DNA of 64,000 nucleotides. Origin: Candidatus Bathyarchaeota archaeon (GTDB lineage: Archaea > Thermoproteota > Bathyarchaeia > 40CM-2-53-6 > RBG-13-38-9). This document shows, in pieces, positions 21,447 through 31,049 of this stretch; position 1 is the first letter of the stretch; each line of letters begins with the position of its first letter. The stretch is taken from the NCBI GenBank assembly GCA_963807605.1, contig CAWECG010000001.1, positions 448,001 to 512,000 of the forward strand. Direction: 5' to 3'. A program made the translations under genes and the position numbers. The notes under the pieces are model-generated. The model did no database searches. It was not told the origin of the DNA and saw nothing but the letters and a program-made list of their open reading frames with translations.

Positions 21447-22316
21447 ATGAAAAAGCTGCTAGGTTTCATAAAAATGACCAGACCATACGTCCTTCTATCT
21501 TCAAGTTTCATTTTCATCGGTTCCGCATTCCTTGGTGTTAAAGGCATCCCATCCGCGTGGCCTTTCTTCATAGGCTATTTGGCAGTAGTCTTGGCGACAG
21601 CAGCCGTACACACATTCAATGATTATTCCGATTGGAAAACCGATGCCAAGAACCCGAGAACTTCAAAACGGCCGATCCCAACTGGTTTGATATCGCCGAA
21701 CGAAGCTCTCTTGGCTGCGCTGGCTTACGGGTTGGGCGCACTTGCATTGGCTCTTCTGCTTAATACCCCTTCATTCTTGATAGCTCTAGTTGCCGTTCCT
21801 ACACCCTTCGTTTACGCCTACTTCAAAAGACATAGAATTCCCTTCGGCTTCATCTGCCCAGCAGCCGCGGCAATTCTCCTAACACTCTTCGGAGCCGCAA
21901 CATTGACAGGTGAAGTCATGGCTGGCCAAGTGTGGCTCTTATTAGTTGTGAATCTACTTTGGGAGCCTGGGCGCGATTTCATTAGCGAGATCCAAGACTC
22001 GTCAGTCGATAAGACCTCAGGGTTCCTCACATTGCCAGTCATCTTGTCGCCAAAAGGAGCCGCTAAATGTGTTCTTGCTCTTTTTGTAATGACCTCAATT
22101 GCAGGTGTACTAGCAGGAATACCTGCAAGACTTGGAGGTCCATATCTCATTATTGCCTTGTTAGCGGGTATTTGGCTGACTTACAGAAGTACAGAGATTG
22201 TTAAAGAGCCGACCACTAAGAATGCTGTGAAGATGCGGATCCGTGCTCCGAGATACCTGATGGCAATTGTTATTGCCATCATAATTGGCCACATCATTGG
22301 TGGCAGCATAATATAA
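21447..22316 (+). CDS. UbiA-family prenyltransferase (DGGGP synthase/UbiA-like)
   Basis: MTRP, NDYSDWKTD, RPIPTG and EIQDSSVD..GFLTLP. Confidence 0.82.
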   Translation: MKKLLGFIKMTRPYVLLSSSFIFIGSAFLGVKGIPSAWPFFIGYLAVVLATAAVHTFNDYSDWKTDAKNPRTSKRPIPTGLISPNEALLAALAYGLGALALALLLNTPSFLIALVAVPTPFVYAYFKRHRIPFGFICPAAAAILLTLFGAATLTGEVMAGQVWLLLVVNLLWEPGRDFISEIQDSSVDKTSGFLTLPVILSPKGAAKCVLALFVMTSIAGVLAGIPARLGGPYLIIALLAGIWLTYRSTEIVKEPTTKNAVKMRIRAPRYLMAIVIAIIIGHIIGGSII

Positions 22317-22687
22317 TCCAGAATAGTGGCAGAGAAACCGCGAGCGTAATTATTTTGATTTGGATTGTTTGGCCTAACGGTTTCTTTATCCTCAATCCTA
22401 TTATCACTATTGAGGCTAAAACAACTGCTAATGTAATTGCCGCGAAATAGACTGACCATGATGTTTCTGTCTTATTCGTCGTTTCCGTCCTTGTCTGATT
22501 GTTTGTTGCTTTCGCGCGCGCTAGCGACGCTTGTGTCGTATTTGTGGACATGCATCATTGCTGCTTCTACCGTGGCTCATAGTAGTCATCCGCTTCCTTC
22601 ACGTGTTACACTTCTATGTCCGGCTATCCCAGATGAAGTGGTAGGGGCTAGCCCAGCATAGCTGTATAGTCCTCTAGCGCGCGTTAC

Positions 22688-23989
22688 TCACAGACATTGA
22701 CCCTCAGTTTTCAGCGCTTCCTTCAAGATCTTTACGGCACAATATCCGGAGCACATTGAACACGTCTCGGGATTTTTCAGTCTGATTCTGTCGCGAATCT
22801 TCGCGGCTTTCTCTGGATCCAAGGCATTCTCCAGCTGACTTTCCCAATCAAGGTTCGCTCTAGCTTTTGCCATGGCCAAGTCACGAGCGGCCGCTTTTGA
22901 TCCAAGCTTTGCAATGTCGACTGCGTGTGCCGATATTTTGGTAGCCATAACACCTTCTTTAACATCTTCTAAAAGGGGCAAACCCAGATGCTCTGAAGGC
23001 GTCAGGTAACAAAGGAAGTCAGCTCCGGCGAGTCCTGCAAGGGCTCCACCGATAGCTCCAACGATGTGGTCGTATCCCGGTGCTATCTCAGTTCCAAGGG
23101 GACCTAGTACATAGAGAGGCGCCCCCTTGCATATCGACTTTGCAAGCAGAACATTTGATTCTATTTCGTTAAGCGGTAGATGCCCAGGTCCTTCAACTAT
23201 AGCTTGTACATTTGCAGTCCTGGCTCTTTCCACGAGTTCTCCTATTGTGAGCAACTCCTGAATTTGAGGCCAGTCGGTTGAATCGAAAATGCATCCTGGT
23301 CTAAGGCCATCGCCTAGGCTTAGTGCAAAGTCGTATTTTGCAGCCAATTCCAGAAGGTAGTCGTAGTTTGCGTACAAGGGATTTTCTTTATTATGATGCA
23401 GGATCCATGCGGCTAGAAAGGTGCCTCCGCGGCTGACAATTCCCATCAGGCGTGGGTGCTTTGCTATCCGTTTGACGATTTGTTGTGTTACCCCGCAATG
23501 GACTGTCATGAAGTCAACGCCATCTTTGGCGTGTTCTTCTATCGTGTTGAAGATGTCATCTTCGGTCATGTGTATAATTGAGCCCCTCTTCTCAGATGCT
23601 TCGATAGCGGTTTGATATATGGGGACGGTTCCAATTGGAACATTAACATTCCTAAGAATCGACCTTCGTATATCATTCAAGTTGCCGCTTGTGCTAAGAT
23701 CCATAATGGTGTCTGTGCCATACTTGACAGCGATCTTAGCCTTCTCGATTTCTAAATTGAGATCACATAAGTCAGGGCTTGTTCCTATGTTTGTGTTGAT
23801 TTTGGTGCGCAGCCCTTTTCCAATTCCAATTGGATGAACATTTTCGCGTTGATTATTTCTGGCTATGATTACGGTTCCTTCAGCTATTCGTTGACATATC
23901 GTTGAAGGCAGCTCATCTTCATCCTTGGCTACTGTACGCATTTCTTCTGTTATTTGTCCCTTCTTCGCAAATCCTATTTGGGTTGCCAA
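22688..23989 (-). CDS. thiC: Phosphomethylpyrimidine synthase
   Basis: TKINTNIGTS, DTIMDLS, GTVPIYQ, SRGG, EGPGHLP, PGYDHI and C-terminal CSMCSGYC. Confidence 0.93.
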   Translation of the reverse strand: MATQIGFAKKGQITEEMRTVAKDEDELPSTICQRIAEGTVIIARNNQRENVHPIGIGKGLRTKINTNIGTSPDLCDLNLEIEKAKIAVKYGTDTIMDLSTSGNLNDIRRSILRNVNVPIGTVPIYQTAIEASEKRGSIIHMTEDDIFNTIEEHAKDGVDFMTVHCGVTQQIVKRIAKHPRLMGIVSRGGTFLAAWILHHNKENPLYANYDYLLELAAKYDFALSLGDGLRPGCIFDSTDWPQIQELLTIGELVERARTANVQAIVEGPGHLPLNEIESNVLLAKSICKGAPLYVLGPLGTEIAPGYDHIVGAIGGALAGLAGADFLCYLTPSEHLGLPLLEDVKEGVMATKISAHAVDIAKLGSKAAARDLAMAKARANLDWESQLENALDPEKAAKIRDRIRLKNPETCSMCSGYCAVKILKEALKTEGQCL

Positions 23990-24064
23990 ATTGATTTATC
24001 GCTCCAACCCAAGAAAAGCCGAGTTAGATCTGAGTTAGAGTGCACCAAATCAGGAATTCGGTAC

Positions 24065-24156
24065 ACGCCCCCTCCGCCAGCATTATCTGAATGAGGTTCT
24101 AGGGTCGGCGGTTCACCAGACCGCCCTCTCAGCCGGCTAACCAGCTCCCCTGGCGC
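24065..24156 (-). promoter_or_regulatory. TPP (THI-box) riboswitch upstream of thiC
   Basis: Minus strand GCGCCAGGGGAGC...GCTGAGAGGGCGG..CCGCCGACCCTAGAACCTCATTCAGATAATGCTGGCGGAGGGGGCGT: conserved GCUGAGA, ACCC, GAACCU, UAAUGC and GCGGAGG elements; P1 GCGCC/GGCGT. Confidence 0.92.
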
Positions 24157-24402
24157 TTGCTTGTCTGAAATCGACAATACTCCGGAATTTAAAGTCTTTT
24201 GTAGATACCTGCATAACTGTTCTAGCGCGCGCCTGAAGTATATGTCGGCTGGATAGAGATAACCGTGCGCGCTGACGTCGAGGAAGGTTCATATGTGCAA
24301 TATCGGAAGGGGTAGGCATTGTTAGCTCCTCAGTGAGCGTTAGCCGAAAAAGAGTCGGTAGACAAAGGGTCGCGATATCACAATAATCATGATGAAAGAG
24401 AT

Positions 24403-27393
24403 TTGCTCACAGGACACGCCTCGCTTCAAGAAGAACTAGAAGACATTGAGACATACGCACAGCCTTTATCCAAAATATCAGAAAAGTGGGGTTCAGATCT
24501 TGAACGTGGTCTCTCCGACAATGAAGCCAAAGAAAGACTTCGAGAATATGGTCTGAACCTAATTCCAAAGATAAAGCCTAGCTTTTACAGGATATATCTT
24601 GCACCCTTCCTCAATTGGCTGATAGATATCTATTTGATTATTAGCATAGTCTTGGCATTTCTTGCATTCTTCGTGCTGCATGAGGCTTATGGGCCAGTAA
24701 CCTTCTGGCTCTCAGTGATTAGTGTCAACGCCGTCGTAGCCGTGGTGCAGGAGGCCAGAGCGCAAAAGAAAATGGAGGCGCTCCAGAAGCTTTCCGCTTC
24801 AAAGAGCAAAGTAGTCCGAAAGGGTAGGCTCCTCGAAATACCATCAGAGCAGATAGTTCCAGGAGATATCATAAGACTTGAACAGGGAGACAGAATCCCT
24901 GGTGATGCTAGGATCATCAACGCGTCGAGCCTCAGGGTGAATGAAGCATCTCTAACTGGAGAGTCTGAAGAAGTAGAAAAATTCGAGGACGACACACCAG
25001 TTGAACAGGGCACTCCTATTCCCGGAAGGAGAGACATGGTATTTCTAGGCACATTCGTGATTGCAGGCACGGCAAAGGCACTGATAACACAGACTGGAAG
25101 AGCAACTCAACTCGGAAGAATAGCAGGGAACATGGAAGGCCTTGACACTTATGAAATACCTCTACGCACTAAAGTCAACCGGCTGGCAAAATATCTTGGG
25201 CTTGCTGTTTTGACTTATCTCAGCATCTCGCTAACATATCACATAACTTCTCTTTACTTGCACAATAACCTCTTCGTAGCGGGTATCTTCAACACACCAT
25301 TAGTAGCAAGAAGAGTAGTCGAAAGCTTGATCACGGCTATGTCGATCATGCCAATCAATATCCCATTTTTAATTACAGTTGTTCTTCTCACCGGTGTTTT
25401 GACTATGGCCAATAAGCAAGTCATAATACGCGATTTGAATGCCGTTGAGAGCCTTGGTCGAGTATCCATAGTTTGCTCCGACAAAACTGGTACCATCACT
25501 AGAAACGAAATGACGGTAAAGTGGATTTGTTTACTTTCTAGTCGAAAAGATTACCTTTTCGGTGTCACGGGTGTCGGATTCCGCCCCAACGGAAGGATCA
25601 TAGAAATCGATCCAGATTCAAGTTTCGAAGAGACTATTAAAAAAGAGCCCGAACTTCATCATGGAAATGAGATCGAAATAGGATCTGAAACGCCTCTTGA
25701 ATACCTTATCGTATCAGGATTGCTCAACAACGACAGCACAATCACCAAAGGAATGGTGGAGAGCCCTGACGAGGAGAGAGAGGAAGATGCTTACCGTCCC
25801 TTAGGCGATACTACTGACGCCTCGATAGTAACATTATTCCACAAATCAAAACTCCAGGAAGAAATATACAGATCTAGATTTCAAGAAGCCTTCAATTATC
25901 CGTTTGATTCAAATTTAAAGCGTACAACAAGAATCCTCAGAGACAACAAGAACAACCGATATGCTGTTTTTACGAAAGGAGCTACCGAGATCCTCCTACC
26001 ATTTTGTAACTACATCACAAAAGGCGTCGTCACTGAAGTGGACATCCTAACAGACAAGGAGAGGGCTCAAATCTGCACAAGAGCCGATGGTTTCGCGTCG
26101 TCAGGTTATAGGGTCATCTCATTTGCTTTCAAGTATCTGGAAGAACTACCGTCGGCCAGTAAGAGCGTAAGAGAACTTGCTGAGGATAATCTAACCTATC
26201 TCGGCTTCGTGGCCATCATCGACCCCCCAAGGAAGGATGTTCACGAATCGGTGCTTGAGGCTAAGAGCGCAGGAATAAAACCTGTCATGATAACCGGCGA
26301 CAACTTGAAAACGGCGCGAAGCATCGCAGAGCAAGTAGGAATCGCCGGAGAACTCGATTTGGCTGTCGAAGGACATGAAATCCAGACCCTACCCGATGAA
26401 GATTTCTTGAGAACGTCTGTGTTTGCTAGAGTCACTCCAGAACATAAAATGAGTATAGTGGAACGTTACAAGAGACAGGATCACGTTGTGGTGGCAACTG
26501 GCGACGGTGTCAACGATGCACTGGCGATCTCTGTAGCTGATGTCGGCATCGCTATGGGCATTACTGGAACGGACGTTGCAAAAGAGGCTGCAGACATTGT
26601 AATAGCAGACGACTCGTTCAACTCAATTATTAGAGGTATCCGTGAGGGCCGAGGTCTCTTTCAGAAAATTCGAGCCATAATTTTCTTTTACATAGCGGTA
26701 AACCTCGCGGAAGCCTTGATCTATTTTGGTTCTTCATTAATCCCCAGCTTTCATCTACTGAACATGGCGCAACGTATCTATATCTTCACTACAGCGCATA
26801 CGATACCACCACTCGGGATTATTGTAGATCGCGTAAGTAAGGATGTGATGAAAGAAAAGCCACGAGACACAGAAGCCATTTTGAATAAACGACTGGTTAT
26901 CGCGCTCCTACTCTTTTCAGCATCATTGGGACTCATGCTTTATGCTGTCTATTTCTTCACCCTGGGCGGTACCATTCCTGTCTTCGCAGGAAACAGAATA
27001 GGATATGTTCCGGACTTCAATCCCAACAATCTCTTAGACTCAGTTAATTGGAGTCAGGCGAAGGCTCGCACAATGCTGCTTACGGTCATATTTGTGGCAG
27101 AGTGCGCATTGGTAATCTCCTTAAGAAGGATGAACAAATCGTTCAGCAAAATATTAAAAGAAGACAATTATTGGATTATCTGGCCGCTCATACTGTTCGT
27201 TCCACTAGCTCATGTGTTATTGATGTATGTCCCAGCGATTCAATTGTTTCTGGCAGTTCGCTTAGGTATTGATCTCGAACTTATTACACTTACATGGATC
27301 GATTGGATTATTGCTTTCGCTGTTGGATTGACTCCTATCGCGTTATTGGAGGCTTGCAAATATTGGGTGCGCAAGAAAAGATCCAACTTTTAG
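24403..27393 (+). CDS. P-type ATPase with P2A-like scaffold and non-canonical transport site
   Basis: TGES, DKTGT, KGATE, DPPR, MITGD and GDGVND intact; M4 reads MPINIP rather than IPEGLP. Confidence 0.88.
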   Translation: MLTGHASLQEELEDIETYAQPLSKISEKWGSDLERGLSDNEAKERLREYGLNLIPKIKPSFYRIYLAPFLNWLIDIYLIISIVLAFLAFFVLHEAYGPVTFWLSVISVNAVVAVVQEARAQKKMEALQKLSASKSKVVRKGRLLEIPSEQIVPGDIIRLEQGDRIPGDARIINASSLRVNEASLTGESEEVEKFEDDTPVEQGTPIPGRRDMVFLGTFVIAGTAKALITQTGRATQLGRIAGNMEGLDTYEIPLRTKVNRLAKYLGLAVLTYLSISLTYHITSLYLHNNLFVAGIFNTPLVARRVVESLITAMSIMPINIPFLITVVLLTGVLTMANKQVIIRDLNAVESLGRVSIVCSDKTGTITRNEMTVKWICLLSSRKDYLFGVTGVGFRPNGRIIEIDPDSSFEETIKKEPELHHGNEIEIGSETPLEYLIVSGLLNNDSTITKGMVESPDEEREEDAYRPLGDTTDASIVTLFHKSKLQEEIYRSRFQEAFNYPFDSNLKRTTRILRDNKNNRYAVFTKGATEILLPFCNYITKGVVTEVDILTDKERAQICTRADGFASSGYRVISFAFKYLEELPSASKSVRELAEDNLTYLGFVAIIDPPRKDVHESVLEAKSAGIKPVMITGDNLKTARSIAEQVGIAGELDLAVEGHEIQTLPDEDFLRTSVFARVTPEHKMSIVERYKRQDHVVVATGDGVNDALAISVADVGIAMGITGTDVAKEAADIVIADDSFNSIIRGIREGRGLFQKIRAIIFFYIAVNLAEALIYFGSSLIPSFHLLNMAQRIYIFTTAHTIPPLGIIVDRVSKDVMKEKPRDTEAILNKRLVIALLLFSASLGLMLYAVYFFTLGGTIPVFAGNRIGYVPDFNPNNLLDSVNWSQAKARTMLLTVIFVAECALVISLRRMNKSFSKILKEDNYWIIWPLILFVPLAHVLLMYVPAIQLFLAVRLGIDLELITLTWIDWIIAFAVGLTPIALLEACKYWVRKKRSNF

Positions 27394-27472
27394 TCTCGTT
27401 GGAATCTTCTGAGGTCAATGTTTTACAGACACAAAAAATTCGAGCACGCTAGAGCTTCGTATTCGTGTGTAC

Positions 27473-27516
27473 AGTAAAATGGTGCGGGGGAGGGGATTCG
27501 CGCACTACTTTATTAG
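27473..27516 (-). repeat. Diverged tRNA-3'-end palindromic (att-like) repeat, copy 4; overlaps aglB stop
   Basis: AGTAAAATGGTGCGGGGGAGGGGATTCG-CGCACTACTTTATTAG versus AGTAAATTGGTGCGGGGAGTGGGATTCG-CGCACCAGTTTACCAG. Confidence 0.75.
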
Positions 27517-30249
27517 CTTGCTCACGGTCACTACCACTATCTTGCTTGTCATAGCCGCGTATTCTGCCGTTCCGGTCCACGATGCTCGCACATAATAGAC
27601 ACCTGCAGCCTCGGGAAGCCATTGAGGCGTGAAGACACCTTCTGCGGGCTGCCCAACTATCGTTGGAACCCAAGTCTTATTGTCCTTGCTCGTCTCAACG
27701 GTCACCTGCCCCTCTGAGAGCGGCGGAGATATCCTTACATCAACGCTCACATTCTTGCCGAAACCGACTATTGTTGGCGCCACAATCAACTTCACCTCTG
27801 GCATTCCCTTAGTGACGTTTAGTGCCTGGTAGGGGCTTGTTGCTGACGCATATTTGTCAGGAAGACCATCCCACCGAGCCCTGACCAAGTATCCGCCAAT
27901 AGATGGCGCCCAGACGTAACTGTAAGTTCCGTTCCCAGCCGTCTGGACGTCTTTTATGGAGAGCCAAGTACGGCCTTGATCCTCGGAGGATTGAAGATGC
28001 ACCGTTCGGTTGCCTAAAGGCCTTGACTCCTGATCGACGAGATTTCCTGAAAGCTGCTCCTTCTCAGGAAAGCTCACATTCATGCTTGCCAAGTTCAAGG
28101 TCATGTTGGTCCTTGTCAAGTATTTTACGTCATAGACTAGCACGAACCTATTTGATGAAATGAAGACAGGTCTGAAGAATTCATTCCCTTGAACCGGGGA
28201 GTAAGCGCCGGCCATCAACAGTCCGAGCAGTGTTGAGTTTGAGACTCCAACGTTATTGACTATGGTCTTGTTTGAGACAATCTTGTCAGCCACAGTTAGT
28301 ATACGGTCGTATCGTGTGTAGGCTGCCTGTCCTTCACCGACCCTCCTCGCGTAGTAGTATACAGTCTCGCCATCGAGTGTAGAGCCGTTGCTTATCCTAG
28401 CCATCCAATACCATTTGCTATCTTCACCAAAGCCGTAGAAGTGGACAGTATTGTTGCTGTTATACCAGGTTACTAGCAAAGTGATGTCGCTCACATTGTA
28501 TCTCTTCAGTATGGGCAGGGCTGTATCCAGATCAGAAAGAAAAGCGCGGCCAGTAACCGATATTTGGGTTGTGTTCATCGTTCCGTTATCTGTAAGAGTC
28601 TTCTTACCGCCAACGGTTGTTATCCAGTAGCCATAGTCCCACCAGGCAAGGACGACAGCATTGTTTGGGAGATTATCCTTCATCCACGTTAAAGCTTCAA
28701 GCCAGTCTCCAGGCGGGTTACTCACGACGGGAAGACTCGAAGTGACTATAGTGGCTGGAACATAAGCTGACTGGACGGCGCCAATAAATGTTGGTGTGAT
28801 TATCAAGAGCAGAACAAACATTATGGCAACACCGAATTCCTTGCCGACCTTTGTTGTGAAGCGGGTCTTTCTCTTTGGGAATATTACTTGTTCTCTTATG
28901 ATGTCCATAGCGGGTGTAGCAATCTGAGTGACCGCAATCGCTGCTAGAAGCGCAATAGCAGGCGCCATTATCGTCGAAGTTCTTACAAGGGACGCTCCAA
29001 AATATATGGTGGTGAGCCCAAAGACAATTATGAATATGTCACTGTTCCTGTGACGTTGAATAGCGAAGTAGAACCCGAATAGTGCAAGCAGAGGATATAT
29101 GCCAAGCTCGTGGTATATGCTGGCCCATGTGGCCATACGATTTTCTGCGACAGACTCTACTATCGGCATGTCAACTCTGTTTGAAGGATAAAGGACTGTC
29201 CAAAACTTGCCACCCAGTTCACTTATCAAGTGATGTTGTTGAAGGATAAAGGCTCCAACTATTAGAAGCAGAAGAACAGCTAAAATCCCTGACAGTCTAG
29301 TCCTATTGTTCTTGACTCTTTGGAAGAATTCGTATCCACAGAGTATTACAAATACCCCCGGGATAGCGTAGGTTGTCCATTCGCTTAGTGCTTGATAGCC
29401 TAGGTTTGGAAGCTGCACCATCACTAAGAAAGCAGAGCCGTAAGTGATTCCATAGGTCCAAAGGAGACGGCCATAGTATCTACCGAAAAGAGCAAGAACG
29501 AATACGAAAAGTGGTATAAGCGACAGTGCATACCGATAGGCCCCCCATCCTGCGCCGAGATAAGCCAAAGAGAGTCCCGACAGAAGTGAGCAGATTATGC
29601 CTGACCTTAAGGAACGTTCAGGAGAGATAGCCTTCAAATAGAAGTAAAATGCAAGAATAACCGTAAACACTCCTATTGTGTCATCCCCAAAGAAGCCTGC
29701 ACTCGTACGAAAGATATGCGCTGAATTGAAAGCTAGAAAGAGTGCCGAGAATATTCCGACACCGCGCCCCCACATGTCTCTTGAAAAAAGATAAAGGGCA
29801 ACGCATGCAGCTGTACCAAGGATTACTGGGAAGATTACGCAAAGGTCTAGTAAAGTGATCTGAATACCCACCGATTGTAGGAAAAGGTACAGCAACGCTG
29901 CCGTCATGGCCACCCCTGGATAGGCCTGTGTGATGAAGGGGCGGCCCCAAGGGTACCAGCTCATAGTATCGTGCCAACTGAAGTATGAGGTGAATCCATT
30001 GTTCACCATATACTCTGCTTGACGATAATTCACGTAAGGATCAAATTCTGTCAGGTAAAATCCCCATCTCAATGGAAGAATACGAATAAGAGCTGCCAGA
30101 CCAGCTATAACGGCAACACACAGAAAGTTCAGGTATGAAGCTCTTGGGATACTGCCGAGTGAGAGTCTAATATCACTAGCCCTGCGAGGAACCCATTCTT
30201 TCACAAAGGTTCTCACAGAACCTAGGAGCCCGGCTTTATAGTTGGTCAA
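27505..30249 (-). CDS. aglB: STT3/AglB oligosaccharyltransferase with C-terminal Ig-like beta-sandwich repeats
   Basis: EFDPY, SWYPWGR, SVAE, WWDYG and DNGT; multi-TM N-terminus; two repeats ending Y.VRA.W.G. Confidence 0.88.
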   Translation of the reverse strand: MTNYKAGLLGSVRTFVKEWVPRRASDIRLSLGSIPRASYLNFLCVAVIAGLAALIRILPLRWGFYLTEFDPYVNYRQAEYMVNNGFTSYFSWHDTMSWYPWGRPFITQAYPGVAMTAALLYLFLQSVGIQITLLDLCVIFPVILGTAACVALYLFSRDMWGRGVGIFSALFLAFNSAHIFRTSAGFFGDDTIGVFTVILAFYFYLKAISPERSLRSGIICSLLSGLSLAYLGAGWGAYRYALSLIPLFVFVLALFGRYYGRLLWTYGITYGSAFLVMVQLPNLGYQALSEWTTYAIPGVFVILCGYEFFQRVKNNRTRLSGILAVLLLLIVGAFILQQHHLISELGGKFWTVLYPSNRVDMPIVESVAENRMATWASIYHELGIYPLLALFGFYFAIQRHRNSDIFIIVFGLTTIYFGASLVRTSTIMAPAIALLAAIAVTQIATPAMDIIREQVIFPKRKTRFTTKVGKEFGVAIMFVLLLIITPTFIGAVQSAYVPATIVTSSLPVVSNPPGDWLEALTWMKDNLPNNAVVLAWWDYGYWITTVGGKKTLTDNGTMNTTQISVTGRAFLSDLDTALPILKRYNVSDITLLVTWYNSNNTVHFYGFGEDSKWYWMARISNGSTLDGETVYYYARRVGEGQAAYTRYDRILTVADKIVSNKTIVNNVGVSNSTLLGLLMAGAYSPVQGNEFFRPVFISSNRFVLVYDVKYLTRTNMTLNLASMNVSFPEKEQLSGNLVDQESRPLGNRTVHLQSSEDQGRTWLSIKDVQTAGNGTYSYVWAPSIGGYLVRARWDGLPDKYASATSPYQALNVTKGMPEVKLIVAPTIVGFGKNVSVDVRISPPLSEGQVTVETSKDNKTWVPTIVGQPAEGVFTPQWLPEAAGVYYVRASWTGTAEYAAMTSKIVVVTVSKLIK

Positions 30250-30734
30250 CAGGTATTCCTCAAATATGCATGTGCGTCGGTATTGTCAACTCGCAGCGTA
30301 TTCTTCACGAGGAGTGGCATCGGAACTTAAATCTATCGCTAGGCGCCGGTCTATTAGTCATTGTATATTCAGTGTATGGAGCTCGCGATTAGATCTCCTA
30401 ATAGATTTTGATTACCATCTCGGATCAAATCTCGCATATGAAAAATATCTTTCCGATAGGCGTCAGTACTGCAACCTTTAGTCATATGCACGCGTAGCCC
30501 TTCATGACTGCTCTGGAGCTTGCCACATACAGACACGCATTCTCCTCAACAGAAGTCACCGAGACCTTATCCAATAGAGGCGTAGGCTGTCACCATAAGT
30601 CTGAAGTGAATGAAACCATATTCCAAGGTCTATTGATACACTGGATAATCTATGCGATTCCTCTTCCCTACAGCGGCAAGACAGACAAGTTTCAGAACTC
30701 TTGACCAATGCAAGTGCGGGCGCGCGCTTAGTGC

Positions 30735-30755
30735 GGTGGGCCTGACGGGATTCGA
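30735..30755 (-). repeat. Orphan tRNA 3'-end fragment (Ile-like)
   Basis: Minus strand TCGAATCCCGTCAGGCCCACC = T-loop half, T-stem 3' strand and acceptor 3' strand; no rest of tRNA; adjacent to GCGCGCGC tract at 30720. Confidence 0.55.
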
Positions 30756-31049
30756 TGTGTTTTCGGTGCTGGATTTGGGCTCAAAATTAGCTCGGGTTCG
30801 GACCTCGGATGGTTCGCACCAGCGATCTTTTGGACCCGAGATTATCTCTGTGGACAACTCTTGATGGGGTCGTTGGGCCATCTGGCTCGAATCCGCCTGA
30901 CTGCAATGATAATTAGGTGAATCCGAGAGAAATCCAAGCCTGACGTGCATGTAAGAAAAAGGTCTTTCGAGCGCCGTTCACACTTTGAGGGCAGAACTAC
31001 GGAAAGTGAGATTAAGAAGCCGAACACTATTGCGGACGGTGAGTATTGG

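Noticed and set aside
30756-30940. Structured ncRNA upstream of ulaG (stem CTCGGGTTC/GGACCCGAG)
   Set aside because: One stem and no recognisable family motifs; needs covariance evidence
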